DNA of 64,000 nucleotides from an uncultured Gammaproteobacteria bacterium (GCA_947085345.1 CAMTWC010000016.1:5657-69656); one strand, 5' to 3'; shown: positions 1 through 10,391, counted from the first letter of the stretch. Notes: a model not told the origin generated them from the sequence alone. A program made the numbers and translations.

Positions 1-2
1 AC

Positions 3-515
3 TGGCTGACCGAATTGCCCAACCGCCGGAAATTCGATGAAACCCTGTCGCGGATGTTCCATCAGTCCCAGCGGTTTGCGGAAGAGATCACGCTGGTGCT
101 GTTTGACATCGACCACTTCAAACTGATCAACGACAGCCATGGACATGGTGCCGGGGATCAGGTGTTGCGCGATATCGGCACGCTGCTGCGCCTGCATGTC
201 CGCAAGTCCGATCTGCCTGCGCGTCTGGGGGGCGATGAGTTCGGCGTCATTCTGTACCACACGAATGCAGGGCAGGCCGTGGCGTTTGTCGAGAGCCTCC
301 TGGATGGCGTGCGGGAATATGCATTTGAATACGATGGATTCCGGCTGAATGTCGGCCTCAGTGTCGGCATTGCGCAGTTCGATGTGTCCATGAAGGCCCC
401 CCAGGCGCTCTACTACGCAGCCGACCATGCGCTTTACCACTCCAAGAAGGCCGGGCGTGGCCGTTACAGCGTGTTTTCCGAAGCAATCCATACTCAGGAG
501 AAACAGGCATCATGA
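3..515 (+). CDS. Diguanylate cyclase GGDEF domain, 5'-truncated by the window edge
   Basis: Frame is open from base 3 (W-L-T-E-L-P-N-R-R, the usual D-x-L-T-x-L-x-N-R-R start of the domain); contains LFDIDHFKLINDSHGHGAGD, RLGGDEFG and an RKSD I-site five residues before GGDEF. Confidence 0.93.
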   Translation, partial: WLTELPNRRKFDETLSRMFHQSQRFAEEITLVLFDIDHFKLINDSHGHGAGDQVLRDIGTLLRLHVRKSDLPARLGGDEFGVILYHTNAGQAVAFVESLLDGVREYAFEYDGFRLNVGLSVGIAQFDVSMKAPQALYYAADHALYHSKKAGRGRYSVFSEAIHTQEKQAS

Positions 516-1363
516 AAACAAGGCAGGCATTTCAGACCGTGCTGGCAGCCCTTTTTGCGGGCGCCTCGCTTGCGTCCGCCTGGGCGGCCCCGGCCCCGAA
601 AGCTCCGGCAGCCGAGGTGACCATGGGTTCCGTGGCCATGGATATCCCGGTCGAGATGATCAAGCGCATGAGTGCGCTGACCAATCATCTTGCGCTGAAC
701 ACCCATCTCAATGTCCGCTTCCGGCCATCGCCGAATCTGGGCTCGGCCGTGGAGGATCTGGGCACCGGCCAGACGCAGATTGCCTACCTCACACCGGTGG
801 CCTATATCGAGGCGCGCAAGAAATACGGGGTGATCCCGCTGGTCGCGCCCACCGCCGACGGACGACCGCACTTCGCCCTGGTGATCGGCGTGAAAGCCGG
901 CTCAGGCATCAGCTCGCCGGACGGGCTCAAGGGCAAGCGCTTTGCCTTTGGCGATGAAAAGGCCTTGCTGCAAAGGGCGGCGGTCGAGTCGATGGGGCTG
1001 AAATCCGGCGACTTTTCGGCCTTTGCCTACCTCAAGCATTACGACAACATTGCCAAGGCGGTGCTGGCGGGCGACTTTGACGGCGGCATCCTCAAGGATT
1101 CCATCGCCGACGAGTTCAAGGGCAAGGGTATCGCGGTGGTCGGCAGCACTGCACCGCTGCCTTCGTACATCTTCGCCGTGCACCCCGGCATGCCGGTGAC
1201 GGTGCGCAACCAGTTGCGCGACGCGCTGCTGGCGCTGAACAGGAGCACCCCTGAGCGGGCCGCCACGCTGGAAGCGTTCGACAAGGCCTACGATGGCTTT
1301 GTCGTGGTCGATGACCCCGCCTACGACACGGTGCGCAAGCTGATCCAGCCTTTCCAGAAATAA
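512..1363 (+). CDS. PhnD/SsuA-type (phosphate/phosphonate) periplasmic substrate-binding protein, orphan
   Basis: Signal peptide; family-like motifs IAYLTPVAYIEA, LKGKRFAFGD, YDNIAKAVLAGDFDGG; ATGA overlap with the GGDEF gene; no permease or ATPase adjacent. Confidence 0.8.
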   Translation: MKTRQAFQTVLAALFAGASLASAWAAPAPKAPAAEVTMGSVAMDIPVEMIKRMSALTNHLALNTHLNVRFRPSPNLGSAVEDLGTGQTQIAYLTPVAYIEARKKYGVIPLVAPTADGRPHFALVIGVKAGSGISSPDGLKGKRFAFGDEKALLQRAAVESMGLKSGDFSAFAYLKHYDNIAKAVLAGDFDGGILKDSIADEFKGKGIAVVGSTAPLPSYIFAVHPGMPVTVRNQLRDALLALNRSTPERAATLEAFDKAYDGFVVVDDPAYDTVRKLIQPFQK

Positions 1364-1373
1364 GGCGGCCGGT

Positions 1374-2294
1374 CTACCGGAACAGCCGCCGGGCGGCCGT
1401 CACGCCGCCCAGAACCATCGCCCCCGCCACGATGCCTGCCACCGCATCGATCAACAGCGGGACGAGCACGGCCAGCACGCCGCCGATCGCGGGCAGGGCT
1501 TCCACGGCCTGGACGACGGCGTGGATGATGCCGTGCGCGCCCGGCATGCCGTGAACCAGGATGCCGCCGCCGACCAGGAACATCGCCGCGGTGCCGATGA
1601 CCGAAAGGCCTTTCATCAGAACCGGCGCAGCGGCAAGGATGTGACGCCCCAGCGCGCGTACCCAGCGGGCGGGACGCTGGCTGAGGTAGAGTCCGGCGTC
1701 GTCGAGCTTGACGATCCCGGCGACCAGGCCGTAGACGCCGACGGTCATGACGAGCGCGATGCCGGCGAGCACGGCGACCTGTTTGCCGAAGGACGCTGCG
1801 GCGACGGTGCCGAGGGTGATGACGATGATTTCGGCGGAGAGGATGAAATCGGTGCGGATCGCGCCTTTGATCTTGTCTTTTTCCAGTGCGACCAGATCGA
1901 TCTCAGGATCGGCCATCGCCTGAGCGAGTTCGCTACGATGGGCCTCGGCTTCCTCGCGGTGCAGGAATTTGTGCGCCAGCTTCTCGAACCCCTCAAAACA
2001 GAGAAATGCGCCGCCCAGCATCAACAGCGGCGTTACCGCCCAGGGCGCGAAGGCGCTGATGGCGAGCGCCGCCGGCACCAGTACCGCCTTGTTGACGAGC
2101 GAGCCCCTGGCAACCGCCCACACCACCGGCAGTTCGCGCTCGGCTTTCACCCCTGCGACCTGCTGGGCGTTCAGCGCGAGGTCATCGCCCAGCACGCCGG
2201 CAGTTTTCTTCGCCGCGACCTTGGTCATCACCGACACGTCGTCGAGGATGGTCGCAATGTCGTCGATCAGGGCGAGCAGACTGGCTCCGGCCAT
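1374..2294 (-). CDS. DUF808 family inner-membrane protein (YedI-like)
   Basis: N-terminus [34 protein letters not shown] and [13 protein letters not shown] motifs. Confidence 0.88.
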   Translation of the reverse strand: MAGASLLALIDDIATILDDVSVMTKVAAKKTAGVLGDDLALNAQQVAGVKAERELPVVWAVARGSLVNKAVLVPAALAISAFAPWAVTPLLMLGGAFLCFEGFEKLAHKFLHREEAEAHRSELAQAMADPEIDLVALEKDKIKGAIRTDFILSAEIIVITLGTVAAASFGKQVAVLAGIALVMTVGVYGLVAGIVKLDDAGLYLSQRPARWVRALGRHILAAAPVLMKGLSVIGTAAMFLVGGGILVHGMPGAHGIIHAVVQAVEALPAIGGVLAVLVPLLIDAVAGIVAGAMVLGGVTAARRLFR

Positions 2295-2307
2295 GGTTTG
2301 GGGTGGC

Positions 2308-3372
2308 TCAGTCGCCCAACTGGATCGTGCCGGCTTTTTCGGCGGCGGCGAAATCCAGCATGCGCTGGATCGACAGCCGGGCGCGGGCCCGGATAGACTC
2401 CTCGATCTGGATTTCGTTGCCGCCGTTCTCCAGCACGGCGGCGAGCTTCCTCAGACCGTTCATCGCCATCCACGGGCAGTGCGCGCACGAGACGCAGGTG
2501 GCGCCCTCGCCCGCGGTCGGCGCCTCCAGCAGGATTTTGCCGGGGGCGGCGGCGTGCATCTTGTGGAAGATGCCGTTGTCGGTGGCGACGATGAATTCGG
2601 GATGGGGCAGGGTGCGCACCGCCTCGATCAGCTGGGTGGTCGAGCCGACCACGTCGGCCAGCGCGATCACCGCTTCCGGCGACTCCGGGTGCACCAGCAC
2701 GGCGGCGTTGGGATGCTCGGCGCGCAATTTCTTCAGCGCCTCGGCCTTGAACGCCTCATGCACCACGCACGAGCCCTGCCACAGCAGCATATCGGCGCCG
2801 CTGATGCGGCGCACGTATTCGCCGAGGTGGCGGTCCGGCGCCCACAGGAGCTTGTGGCCCTGCTGGTGCAGGTATTTGACGATCTTGACGGCGATGCCGG
2901 AGGTGACGACCCAGTCGGCGCGCGCCTTCACCGCCGCGCTGGTGTTGGCGTAAACCACCGAAACGCGGTCCGGGTGAGCGTCGCAAAACGCCGCGAACCC
3001 ATCCGCCGGGCAGGCCAGGTCGAGCGAGCAGTCAGCCGCGAGGTCGGGCATGATGACGCGCTTTTCCGGGTTGAGGATCTTGGCCGTCTCGCCCATGAAC
3101 TTGACCCCGGCGACGATCAGCGTCTTCGCCGGGTGGGCGTGGCCGAAGCGCGCCATTTCCAGCGAATCGGACACGCAGCCGCCGGTTTCCTCGGCCAGAT
3201 CCTGCAGGTCGGCCGAGGTGTAGTAATGCGCGACCAGCACCGCATCCTGCTGTTTCATCAGCGCCTTGATGCGCGTTTTCAGCGCCGTGCGCTCGTCGTC
3301 GGTGAGCACTTCCTCCACCATCGGCGGCGGCTGGATCACGGTTCTGAGCGGAACGGGAAAGGCAAGGCTCAT
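2308..3372 (-). CDS. nadA: Quinolinate synthase A
   Basis: [48 protein letters not shown] motifs. Confidence 0.96.
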   Translation of the reverse strand: MSLAFPVPLRTVIQPPPMVEEVLTDDERTALKTRIKALMKQQDAVLVAHYYTSADLQDLAEETGGCVSDSLEMARFGHAHPAKTLIVAGVKFMGETAKILNPEKRVIMPDLAADCSLDLACPADGFAAFCDAHPDRVSVVYANTSAAVKARADWVVTSGIAVKIVKYLHQQGHKLLWAPDRHLGEYVRRISGADMLLWQGSCVVHEAFKAEALKKLRAEHPNAAVLVHPESPEAVIALADVVGSTTQLIEAVRTLPHPEFIVATDNGIFHKMHAAAPGKILLEAPTAGEGATCVSCAHCPWMAMNGLRKLAAVLENGGNEIQIEESIRARARLSIQRMLDFAAAEKAGTIQLGD

Positions 3373-3499
3373 CGGGGCGGCTCGAAGATCGGCAAATGAA
3401 AAGTTTCCAAGTATAGCGCCGCGTGACAGGCGTTTTCACCTGGCAATGACCGGGTTTTTCTGGAGCGAGGCCGGGCTTTTGCCTTATCCTTGCGCCCCT

Positions 3500-4150
3500 A
3501 TGCAACAGCTGCTTCTCGATATCCGCCCGCCCGCCCGGCCCGAACTCGCCCGCTTCGTGGCGGGGCGCAATGTCGAGCTGATGGCGCAGCTTGCGGCCAT
3601 GCTCGACAGCAGGGCGGCCGAGCGCATGGTCTACGTGTGGGGCGCGCCGGGCAGCGGCAAGAGTTACCTGCTGGCGGCCTGGGGTCATGCCTGCCAGACG
3701 CGCGGCATGACGGTCGACTTCAGCGGGCAGCAGGCGGCGCAGGCGGTGATCGCGGATCAGGTGGAAACCTGGACCGAAGCACAGCAGCACGCCGGCTTTG
3801 CCGCGTTCAACCGGGTGCGCGAGGCGGGCGGGCTGTGGCTGGCGGCGGGCAGCGCGGCGCCGGCCGATCTGCCGCTGATGCCGGAATTGCAGACCCGGCT
3901 GGGCTGGGGGCTGGTGTTCCAGCTGCACGGCCTGGACGACGCCGAGAAGCGCGCCGCATTGAGCCAGCACGCCGAAACCCTGGGTTTTCGGCTGGAGCCC
4001 CAGGTGGCGGACTATCTGTTGAACCACACCGCGCGCGACATGCAGAGCCTGCTGCGGGTGCTGGAGGCGCTCGACCGCTTCAGCCTGGAAACGCGGCGTC
4101 CGATCACGCTGCCGCTGCTGCGGCAGTTGCTGGCGGGCGCCAGACCCTGA
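3500..4150 (+). CDS. hda: DnaA regulatory inactivator Hda
   Basis: Starts MQQLLLDI (clamp-binding-like), F-V-A-G-R-N, Walker A WGAPGSGKSYLL, ELQTRLGWG, RDMQSL; start set at ATG 3500. Confidence 0.9.
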   Translation: MQQLLLDIRPPARPELARFVAGRNVELMAQLAAMLDSRAAERMVYVWGAPGSGKSYLLAAWGHACQTRGMTVDFSGQQAAQAVIADQVETWTEAQQHAGFAAFNRVREAGGLWLAAGSAAPADLPLMPELQTRLGWGLVFQLHGLDDAEKRAALSQHAETLGFRLEPQVADYLLNHTARDMQSLLRVLEALDRFSLETRRPITLPLLRQLLAGARP

Positions 4151-4528
4151 TCAGGCCCGGCCTTGCTGCGCCTGCTGGTCGGCGATGTCCTTGTGGACCT
4201 GCGCCATGTCCAGGCCCATCACCTGTTCGATCAGCGAATCGAGCGCCGCGGCGGGCAACGAGCCGGCTTCGGAATACAGGATGACCTGTTCGCGGAACAC
4301 CATCAGCGTGGGAATCGAGCGGATCTGGAAGTAGCCGGCCAGATCCTGCTCGACTTCGGTGTTGACCTTGGCGAAGACGATGTTGGCGTGCTTCTCTGCC
4401 GCAGCCTCGAAAATCGGCGCAAACCCGCGGCAGGGGCCGCACCAGGGCGCCCAGAAGTCGACGATGACGACGTCGTTGCCGTTGATGGTGGATTCGAAAT
4501 TGTCCTGGGTGAGTTCGATGACGGCCAT
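4151..4528 (-). CDS. trxA: Thioredoxin
   Basis: VDFWAPWCGPCR active site, IRSIPTL; start set at ATG 4528 (MAVIELT) with upstream GGCAGGA. Confidence 0.9.
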   Translation of the reverse strand: MAVIELTQDNFESTINGNDVVIVDFWAPWCGPCRGFAPIFEAAAEKHANIVFAKVNTEVEQDLAGYFQIRSIPTLMVFREQVILYSEAGSLPAAALDSLIEQVMGLDMAQVHKDIADQQAQQGRA

Positions 4529-4555
4529 GCGGGTTTCCTGCCAATTGAGTGAAAT

Positions 4556-4585
4556 AAAAAGGCGCGAGGACGAATCCTTCGCGCC
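4556..4585 (-). terminator. Intrinsic terminator 27 nt upstream of the thioredoxin start
   Basis: Minus strand reads GGCGCGAAGGATTCGTCCTCGCGCC then TTTTTATTT. Confidence 0.7.
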
Positions 4586-4698
4586 TGAGTGCCACCCTAT
4601 CACGGATGGCGGGCCTCCGACAATCAGAGGCGACTTATCGGGTAGTTCAGCCTGGCTGCCCCCTACCCCGGTCCAGTCGAAGCCGACTGGCCAGAAAC

Positions 4699-5013
4699 CT
4701 ATTTGGCAAAAGCTTGATGGAACAGCCCCCGCTTTTGCTCGGCCGGTTGGGTGCCGCGCACCATGTTCTGACTGTGCTTGAGATTGCTGCGCACTTCGGC
4801 GCGGTTGACCGCCATGATGAGTTCGGTCGCCAACACACGTGCCTGATGCGGGGTGAGGTTGAGTGCGCAGCCGTGTGATTGCAGCGTCACCTCAACGCGA
4901 TCGCGGCCCTGGGCATCCTCTTTCAGGCTGATGTCCAGGATGTTGCCGGGTTCGAGTTCGATCATCTCGGTTTCTCCTTGCGGTGTCTTTGCATAGGATT
5001 GAGCAGAGTTCAT
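4699..5013 (-). CDS. Hypothetical protein (~100 aa)
   Basis: ORF fills the gap between the RND gene and trx with plausible codon usage; start uncertain, an internal MIELEPG start is possible. Confidence 0.6.
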   Translation of the reverse strand: MNSAQSYAKTPQGETEMIELEPGNILDISLKEDAQGRDRVEVTLQSHGCALNLTPHQARVLATELIMAVNRAEVRSNLKHSQNMVRGTQPAEQKRGLFHQAFAK

Positions 5014-5092
5014 GCCAGTCTCCTGTGACGCCGGATGGCGTGGAAAACCGCATTAAATCAGGCGGGTTTGACGGCTTGATGAAGGCGAGCCG

Positions 5093-5126
5093 CCACCGCC
5101 CTGACGAAGCTTCGTCAGGGCGGTGG
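5093..5126. repeat. Perfect 34-bp palindrome with no spacer
   Basis: CCACCGCCCTGACGAAGCTTCGTCAGGGCGGTGG equals its own reverse complement; lies 9 nt past the RND stop. Confidence 0.9.
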
Positions 5127-5135
5127 GTGATTTCG

Positions 5136-8100
5136 TCAATTCTGGGGGCTGGGGGCGAGCGCTTGGGGTGCGCTGACGGCGGCTGTGCGGTCGCGCGTCA
5201 GCAGGGTATAGGCCACCGGGATCACGAACAGCGTCAGCAGGGTGCCGAGCAGCAAGCCGCCGACGATGACCCAGCCGATGGGCGAGCGCGACTCCGCGCC
5301 GGCGCCGGTGGCGAGTGCCAGCGGCACCGCGCCCAGCACCATCGCTGCGGTGGTCATCAGAATCGGACGCAGGCGCAGGCTGGCGGCCTCGATCACCGCC
5401 TCGACCTTGGGCTTGCCGCGTCCGCGCAACTGGTTGGCGAATTCGACGATCAGGATGCCGTGCTTGGTGATCAGGCCGACCAGCATCACCAGGCCGATCT
5501 GGCTGTAGACGTTGAGGGTGGCGCCGGTGAGCTTCAGCGCCAGCAACGCGCCGGTGGCGGCGAGCGGCACGGTGAGCAGGATGATGAAGGGCGAGACGAA
5601 GCTTTCGAACTGCGCCGCCAGCACCAGATAAATGATGATCAACGCCAGCGCAAAGGTGATCGCCAGCGTCTGTCCGGATTCGCCGAACTCGCGCGACTGG
5701 CCGTCAAGCGCGGTGCGCGCGGTCTTCGGCAGCGTCTCCTTGGCGGCCTGGTCCATGAAGGCGAGGGCCTCGCCCAGCGTGTAGCCGGGCGCGATGTTGG
5801 CCGAGATGATGGCGGCGCGCTGGCGGTCGAAGTGGTTGAGCTCTTTCGGCGCCACGGTTTCAGAGACGGTGACCAGGTTGGACAAAGGCGTCAGGCTGCC
5901 GCCCTGGCCGCGCACATACAGCGCGGTCAGGTCCTGCGGGGTGGCGCGGGCAGCGGGGTCGAGTTGGACAACGACGTTGTACTGCTCGCCCGCCTGCTTG
6001 AAGCGGGTGACCTCGCGCCCGCCGAGCAGGGTTTCCAGGGTGCGCCCGATGGTGTCGACGCCGACCCCCATCTGCGCCGCCTTGTCGCGGTTGATGTCGA
6101 CCTTGAGTTGCGGCTTGTTGAGCTTGAGGTCGGTATCGGCGTTGATGAGGCCCGGATACTCGCGCACCTTCGCCATCAGTGCCTCCACCGCCTTGTCCAG
6201 TTCAGCGTAGCTCGGCGCCTGCACCACGAACTGCAGCGGCGGGTTGCGGAAGCTCTGGCCGAGCGAGGGCGGGTTGATCGGGAAGGCGAGCACGCCCGGC
6301 ATGCCCATGAACATGCGCGGGCCGAGGCTGGCGGTGATGTCCATCTGGCTGCGGGTGCGTTCTTCCCAAGGCTTCAGCATCACGAACGACAGCGAGGTGT
6401 TGACCGGGTTGGGGCGCTCCAACCCCGGCGCCACCACGACGAAGGCGGTGTTCACCTCCGGCACGCTCTGATAAATGCCCTCGAGCTGGCGTGCGTAGCC
6501 GTCGGTGTACTGCAGGGTGGAGCCTTCGGGGGCTAGCATGAAGCCGATGAAAAAGCCGCGATCCTCGGTCGGTGCCAGTTCCGATTTCAGCGATTTCAGG
6601 AGGCCGAACGCGGCGACCGCAACCAGCACGAACACCAGCGCGACGATCAGCGGGTGCCGGACCACCCGTGTCAGGCCGCGGGTATAGCCCCGGTTCAGCC
6701 CGGTCAGCATGCGCTCGCCGAAGTTGAAAATCGCGCCGTGGCGGGTTTCGTGCCGCAGCATCTTGCTCGCCATCATCGGCGTCAGCGTCAACGCGACAAA
6801 ACCGGACACCAGCACCGCCGCCGCCACCGTCATGGCGAATTCGGTGAACAGCTTGCCGGTGTTGCCCTCGGCAAACGCCAGCGGGGCGAACACGGCGACC
6901 AGGGTGAGCGTCATCGCCATCACCGCGAAACCGATTTCCTTGGCGCCCTTGATCGCGGCGTCGAAAGGCGGCATGCCTTCCTCGATGTGGCGGTAGATGT
7001 TTTCCAGCATGACGATGGCGTCGTCGACCACCAGGCCGATCGCCAGCACCAGCCCCAATAGGGTCAGCACGTTGATGGTGAAACCCATCGAATACAGAAA
7101 GATAAAGGCGCCGATCAGCGACACCGGAATGGTGACGAAGGGAATCAGCGTGGCGCGCCAGTTGCGCAGGAACAGGAAGATCACCGCGACCACCAGCACC
7201 ATCGCCTCGATCATGGTGGTGTAGACCGCATCGATCGATTTTTCGATGAAGATCGAGCTGTCGAAGCCGACTTTGAGCTGCATGCCTTCGGGCAGCGCCG
7301 CTTCCAGTCGCGGCAGTTCGGCTTTCACTGCGCGGGCGACTTCCAGCGTGTTGGCGGTGGACTGCTTGACGATGCCCAGACCCACGGCGGCGCGTCCGTT
7401 GACCCGCACGATGTTGCGCTCGTCCTCGGCGCCGACTTCGGCGCGGCCGATGTCGGCCAGCCGCACCAGCGTGCCGCCGCTGTCGCGGAGAATGACGCGC
7501 TCGAATTCGGCCGGGGTTTTCAGGTCGGTCTCGGCCAGCACCGAAAACTCGCGCGTCTGGCTTTCGATGCGGCCGGAGGGCAGTTCGGTGTTCTGGCTCT
7601 TGAGCGCGGTCTCCACGTCCTGCACCGTCACCCCCAGCGCGGCCATGCGGTCGGGGTCGAGCCACACCCGCATGGCGTAGCGGCGCTCGCCGCCGATGAT
7701 GACCGAGGCGACGCCCGGCAGGGTCTTCAACTGGTCGGCCACCACGCGATCGGCGTAGTCGGTGATTTCCAGCGGCGACTGGCGGTCGCTGGAAAACGCC
7801 AGCCAGATGATGGCCTGGGCATCGGCCTCGATCTTGGCGACCACCGGGTCTTCCGCCTCGCTGGGCAGCACGCCGCGCACCCGCGCCACGCGGTCACGGG
7901 TGTCGTTGGCGGCGGCCTCGGGGTCGCGCGACTGGATGAATTCCACCGTGATCTGGCTGACTTCCTCGCGGCTCACCGACTTGATGGTGCGGATGCCCTC
8001 GATGCCCGACAGCGAATCCTCCAGCGCCTTGGTGATCTGGCTTTCCATCACCTCGGCCGAGGCGCCGGGATAGACCGTGCGTACCGAGACCACCGGGGCG

Positions 8101-8222
8101 TCGATGTTGGGGTATTCGCGCACCGGCAGGCGGTCGAAGGCAATCAGCCCGATCAGGATGATGAGCAGGCTCATCACCGTGGCCAGGACCGGGCGGCGGA
8201 TGGAAATGTCGGAGAGGATCAT
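5136..8222 (-). CDS. RND efflux permease, AcrB/AcrD/AcrF family
   Basis: 1028 aa; SIRRPVLATV, LPVREYPNID, GLVVDDAIVMLEN (TM4 DD), GLITKHGILIVEFAN, RLRPILMTT. Confidence 0.96.
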   Translation of the reverse strand: MILSDISIRRPVLATVMSLLIILIGLIAFDRLPVREYPNIDAPVVSVRTVYPGASAEVMESQITKALEDSLSGIEGIRTIKSVSREEVSQITVEFIQSRDPEAAANDTRDRVARVRGVLPSEAEDPVVAKIEADAQAIIWLAFSSDRQSPLEITDYADRVVADQLKTLPGVASVIIGGERRYAMRVWLDPDRMAALGVTVQDVETALKSQNTELPSGRIESQTREFSVLAETDLKTPAEFERVILRDSGGTLVRLADIGRAEVGAEDERNIVRVNGRAAVGLGIVKQSTANTLEVARAVKAELPRLEAALPEGMQLKVGFDSSIFIEKSIDAVYTTMIEAMVLVVAVIFLFLRNWRATLIPFVTIPVSLIGAFIFLYSMGFTINVLTLLGLVLAIGLVVDDAIVMLENIYRHIEEGMPPFDAAIKGAKEIGFAVMAMTLTLVAVFAPLAFAEGNTGKLFTEFAMTVAAAVLVSGFVALTLTPMMASKMLRHETRHGAIFNFGERMLTGLNRGYTRGLTRVVRHPLIVALVFVLVAVAAFGLLKSLKSELAPTEDRGFFIGFMLAPEGSTLQYTDGYARQLEGIYQSVPEVNTAFVVVAPGLERPNPVNTSLSFVMLKPWEERTRSQMDITASLGPRMFMGMPGVLAFPINPPSLGQSFRNPPLQFVVQAPSYAELDKAVEALMAKVREYPGLINADTDLKLNKPQLKVDINRDKAAQMGVGVDTIGRTLETLLGGREVTRFKQAGEQYNVVVQLDPAARATPQDLTALYVRGQGGSLTPLSNLVTVSETVAPKELNHFDRQRAAIISANIAPGYTLGEALAFMDQAAKETLPKTARTALDGQSREFGESGQTLAITFALALIIIYLVLAAQFESFVSPFIILLTVPLAATGALLALKLTGATLNVYSQIGLVMLVGLITKHGILIVEFANQLRGRGKPKVEAVIEAASLRLRPILMTTAAMVLGAVPLALATGAGAESRSPIGWVIVGGLLLGTLLTLFVIPVAYTLLTRDRTAAVSAPQALAPSPQN

Positions 8223-8248
8223 GGGTCAGTCCTTGCGCCGGGTTCGGG

Positions 8249-9292
8249 TCAGCGCTTGCCGGCCTGCATTTTCTTCATCATCTGCGCCGCCTGGTCGAGC
8301 GTGACCACCGGTACGCCCGGCCTCAGCTTGATCTGGCCGTCGAGCACGACGGTGTCGCCCGCCTGCACGCCGGAGACGATTTCAACCCGGCCAGGTTCGC
8401 GCTTGCCCAGCGTGACCTTGCGCAGTTCGGCCTTGCCGTCGACCGCCAGGAAAACGTAGGATCCATCCGGGCGCGGCACGATGACCTGCTCCGGCAGCAG
8501 GATGGCGTGGGTCTTGCCGCCGAGGTCGGCGGTGGCGCGGGCGAACATGCCGGGCTTGAGCGTGCCGGCGGGATTGGCGATGCGCGCGCGTACCCGCACG
8601 TTGCGGCTCACCGGATCGACCACCGGATCGATGGCGTGGACCTTGCCGCTGAAGCTTTGTCTGGGCAGCGCATCAACGGTCAGCTTGATCGGTAGCCCGA
8701 TGCGCACCAGCGACAAATAGGTTTCGGGCACCGGCACTTCCAGTTTCAGGTTGCCGATTGCATCCAGCCGCACCAGATCGCTTCCCTTGCCGACGTAGGC
8801 GCCGGGACTGACCTGGCGCAGCCCGGCCACGGCGGCGAACGGCGCGCGGATCGAGGTCTTGTCGAGCGCCACCTGTTCCTGCCGCAGGCGCGCGCGCTGG
8901 ATGTCGAGATTGGCACGGGCCTCGTCGAGCGCCTGGCGCGAAATGAAATTCTGCGCGACCAGTTCCTCGCTGCGCGTGTAGCGGCTTTCCGCCAGCTTGA
9001 GATCGGCCTGGGCGGCGGCGAGGCGAGCGCGCTGCTCGGCGGAATCGAGCGTCACCAGGATCGCCCCTTTCTTCACCGGCTGACCTTCCTTGAACAGCAG
9101 CTTCTCGATGCGGCCGTCGATTTCCGGGCGCAGCACCACGCTGTCCTCGGCAATCAGCGCGCCCACCGCGTTGACGGTATTCGACACCGGGGTGGCGGCC
9201 ACTTTCATCATGTTGACTGGAATGAAGGGCGGGCCGCCCGCCTGGGCGAAGGCGAGTGCCGGAACGAACAGCAGGAGGAGGATGGCGCGCAT
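8249..9292 (-). CDS. RND membrane fusion protein
   Basis: Lipoyl-like hairpin (EIDGRIEKLLFKEGQPVKKG), IRAPFAAVAG, IDPVVDPVSRNVRVRA, LKPGMFA; directly upstream of the permease. Confidence 0.93.
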   Translation of the reverse strand: MRAILLLLFVPALAFAQAGGPPFIPVNMMKVAATPVSNTVNAVGALIAEDSVVLRPEIDGRIEKLLFKEGQPVKKGAILVTLDSAEQRARLAAAQADLKLAESRYTRSEELVAQNFISRQALDEARANLDIQRARLRQEQVALDKTSIRAPFAAVAGLRQVSPGAYVGKGSDLVRLDAIGNLKLEVPVPETYLSLVRIGLPIKLTVDALPRQSFSGKVHAIDPVVDPVSRNVRVRARIANPAGTLKPGMFARATADLGGKTHAILLPEQVIVPRPDGSYVFLAVDGKAELRKVTLGKREPGRVEIVSGVQAGDTVVLDGQIKLRPGVPVVTLDQAAQMMKKMQAGKR

Positions 9293-9452
9293 GACGGATT
9301 CCGCAAAAAGAACAAAGACGTACGATAGGGGCGCACCTTAGCAGTTCCGTGGCGAAACAAAAACCGCTCGCCAGAGTCAATTTTGGACAGATTATGTAAG
9401 GATTGCGCGTGTGACCCGACTGTTCGATACCACGCTTAACCAGGACACCGCC

Positions 9453-10391
9453 ATGCTGATACGCCCGCCCGCTGACATACCCCCGTCTGCAATCACCCCG
9501 CCCGAAATTTACCGCGACCGCCGCCGCTTCATGCAGGGCATGGGGGCGCTGGCGGCGGGCGCCGCCCTCGGCGTTGCCTCCGATGCCGGCGCTGGCGCCA
9601 AACTGGCCGGCGTGCGCGACAGCGCCTACACGCCGGACGAGAAACGAACGCCGTACCAGGACGTCACCACCTACAACAACTTCTATGAATTCGGTACCGA
9701 CAAGGGCGACCCGGCCGACAGGGCGGGCAGCCTGAAAACCCGTCCGTGGACGGTCGCGGTCGAAGGCGAGGTGCGCCGTCCCCAAACCTGGGACATCGAC
9801 GCGTTGTTGAAACTCGCGCCACTGGAAGAGCGCGTGTACCGCATGCGCTGCGTCGAAGGCTGGTCGATGGTGATCCCCTGGGTAGGGTTTCCCCTGCATG
9901 AACTCATCCGCCGCGCCGAACCCAGCGGCAATGCGAAATACGTCGAATTCATCACACTCAACGACCCCAGACAGATGCCGGGGCAGCGCTCCCGCGTGCT
10001 CGACTGGCCGTATGTCGAAGGCTTGCGGCTGGACGAGGCGATGCATCCGCTGACGCTGCTCGCGGTCGGGCTCTACGGCGAGGTGCTGCCGAACCAGAAC
10101 GGCGCGCCGATCCGGCTGGTGGTGCCTTGGAAGTACGGCTTCAAGAGCGCCAAGTCGATCGTCAAAATCCGTTTCATCGAGAAACAGCCGGTCAGTTCCT
10201 GGATGGCAGCCGCGCCCCGGGAATACGGCTTCTATTCCAACGTCAATCCGCAGGTCGACCATCCGCGCTGGAGCCAGGCGAAGGAGCGCCGCATCGGCGA
10301 ATTCCTCAAGCGCGACACGCTGATGTTCAATGGTTACGGCAACCAGGTTGCGTCTTTGTACCGCGGCATGGACCTGAAAAAGTTCTTCTGA
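9453..10391 (+). CDS. msrP: Methionine-sulfoxide reductase molybdoenzyme catalytic subunit
   Basis: Tat motif [57 protein letters not shown]. Confidence 0.95.
   Translation: MLIRPPADIPPSAITPPEIYRDRRRFMQGMGALAAGAALGVASDAGAGAKLAGVRDSAYTPDEKRTPYQDVTTYNNFYEFGTDKGDPADRAGSLKTRPWTVAVEGEVRRPQTWDIDALLKLAPLEERVYRMRCVEGWSMVIPWVGFPLHELIRRAEPSGNAKYVEFITLNDPRQMPGQRSRVLDWPYVEGLRLDEAMHPLTLLAVGLYGEVLPNQNGAPIRLVVPWKYGFKSAKSIVKIRFIEKQPVSSWMAAAPREYGFYSNVNPQVDHPRWSQAKERRIGEFLKRDTLMFNGYGNQVASLYRGMDLKKFF

Noticed and set aside
4560-4698. Assignment of the trx leader to glycine, ZTP, SAM or SRP RNA
   Set aside because: Only 5-8 nt fragments resemble these families and the conserved cores are missing; kept only as an unassigned structured leader
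4983-6536. Long alternative-frame and antisense ORFs (e.g. 4983-6536, 8673-10262, 21259-23421, 45630-47684, 48972-50612, 54864-57044)
   Set aside because: They shadow well-supported genes in high-GC DNA, have biased Arg/Ala/Gly composition and show no family motifs
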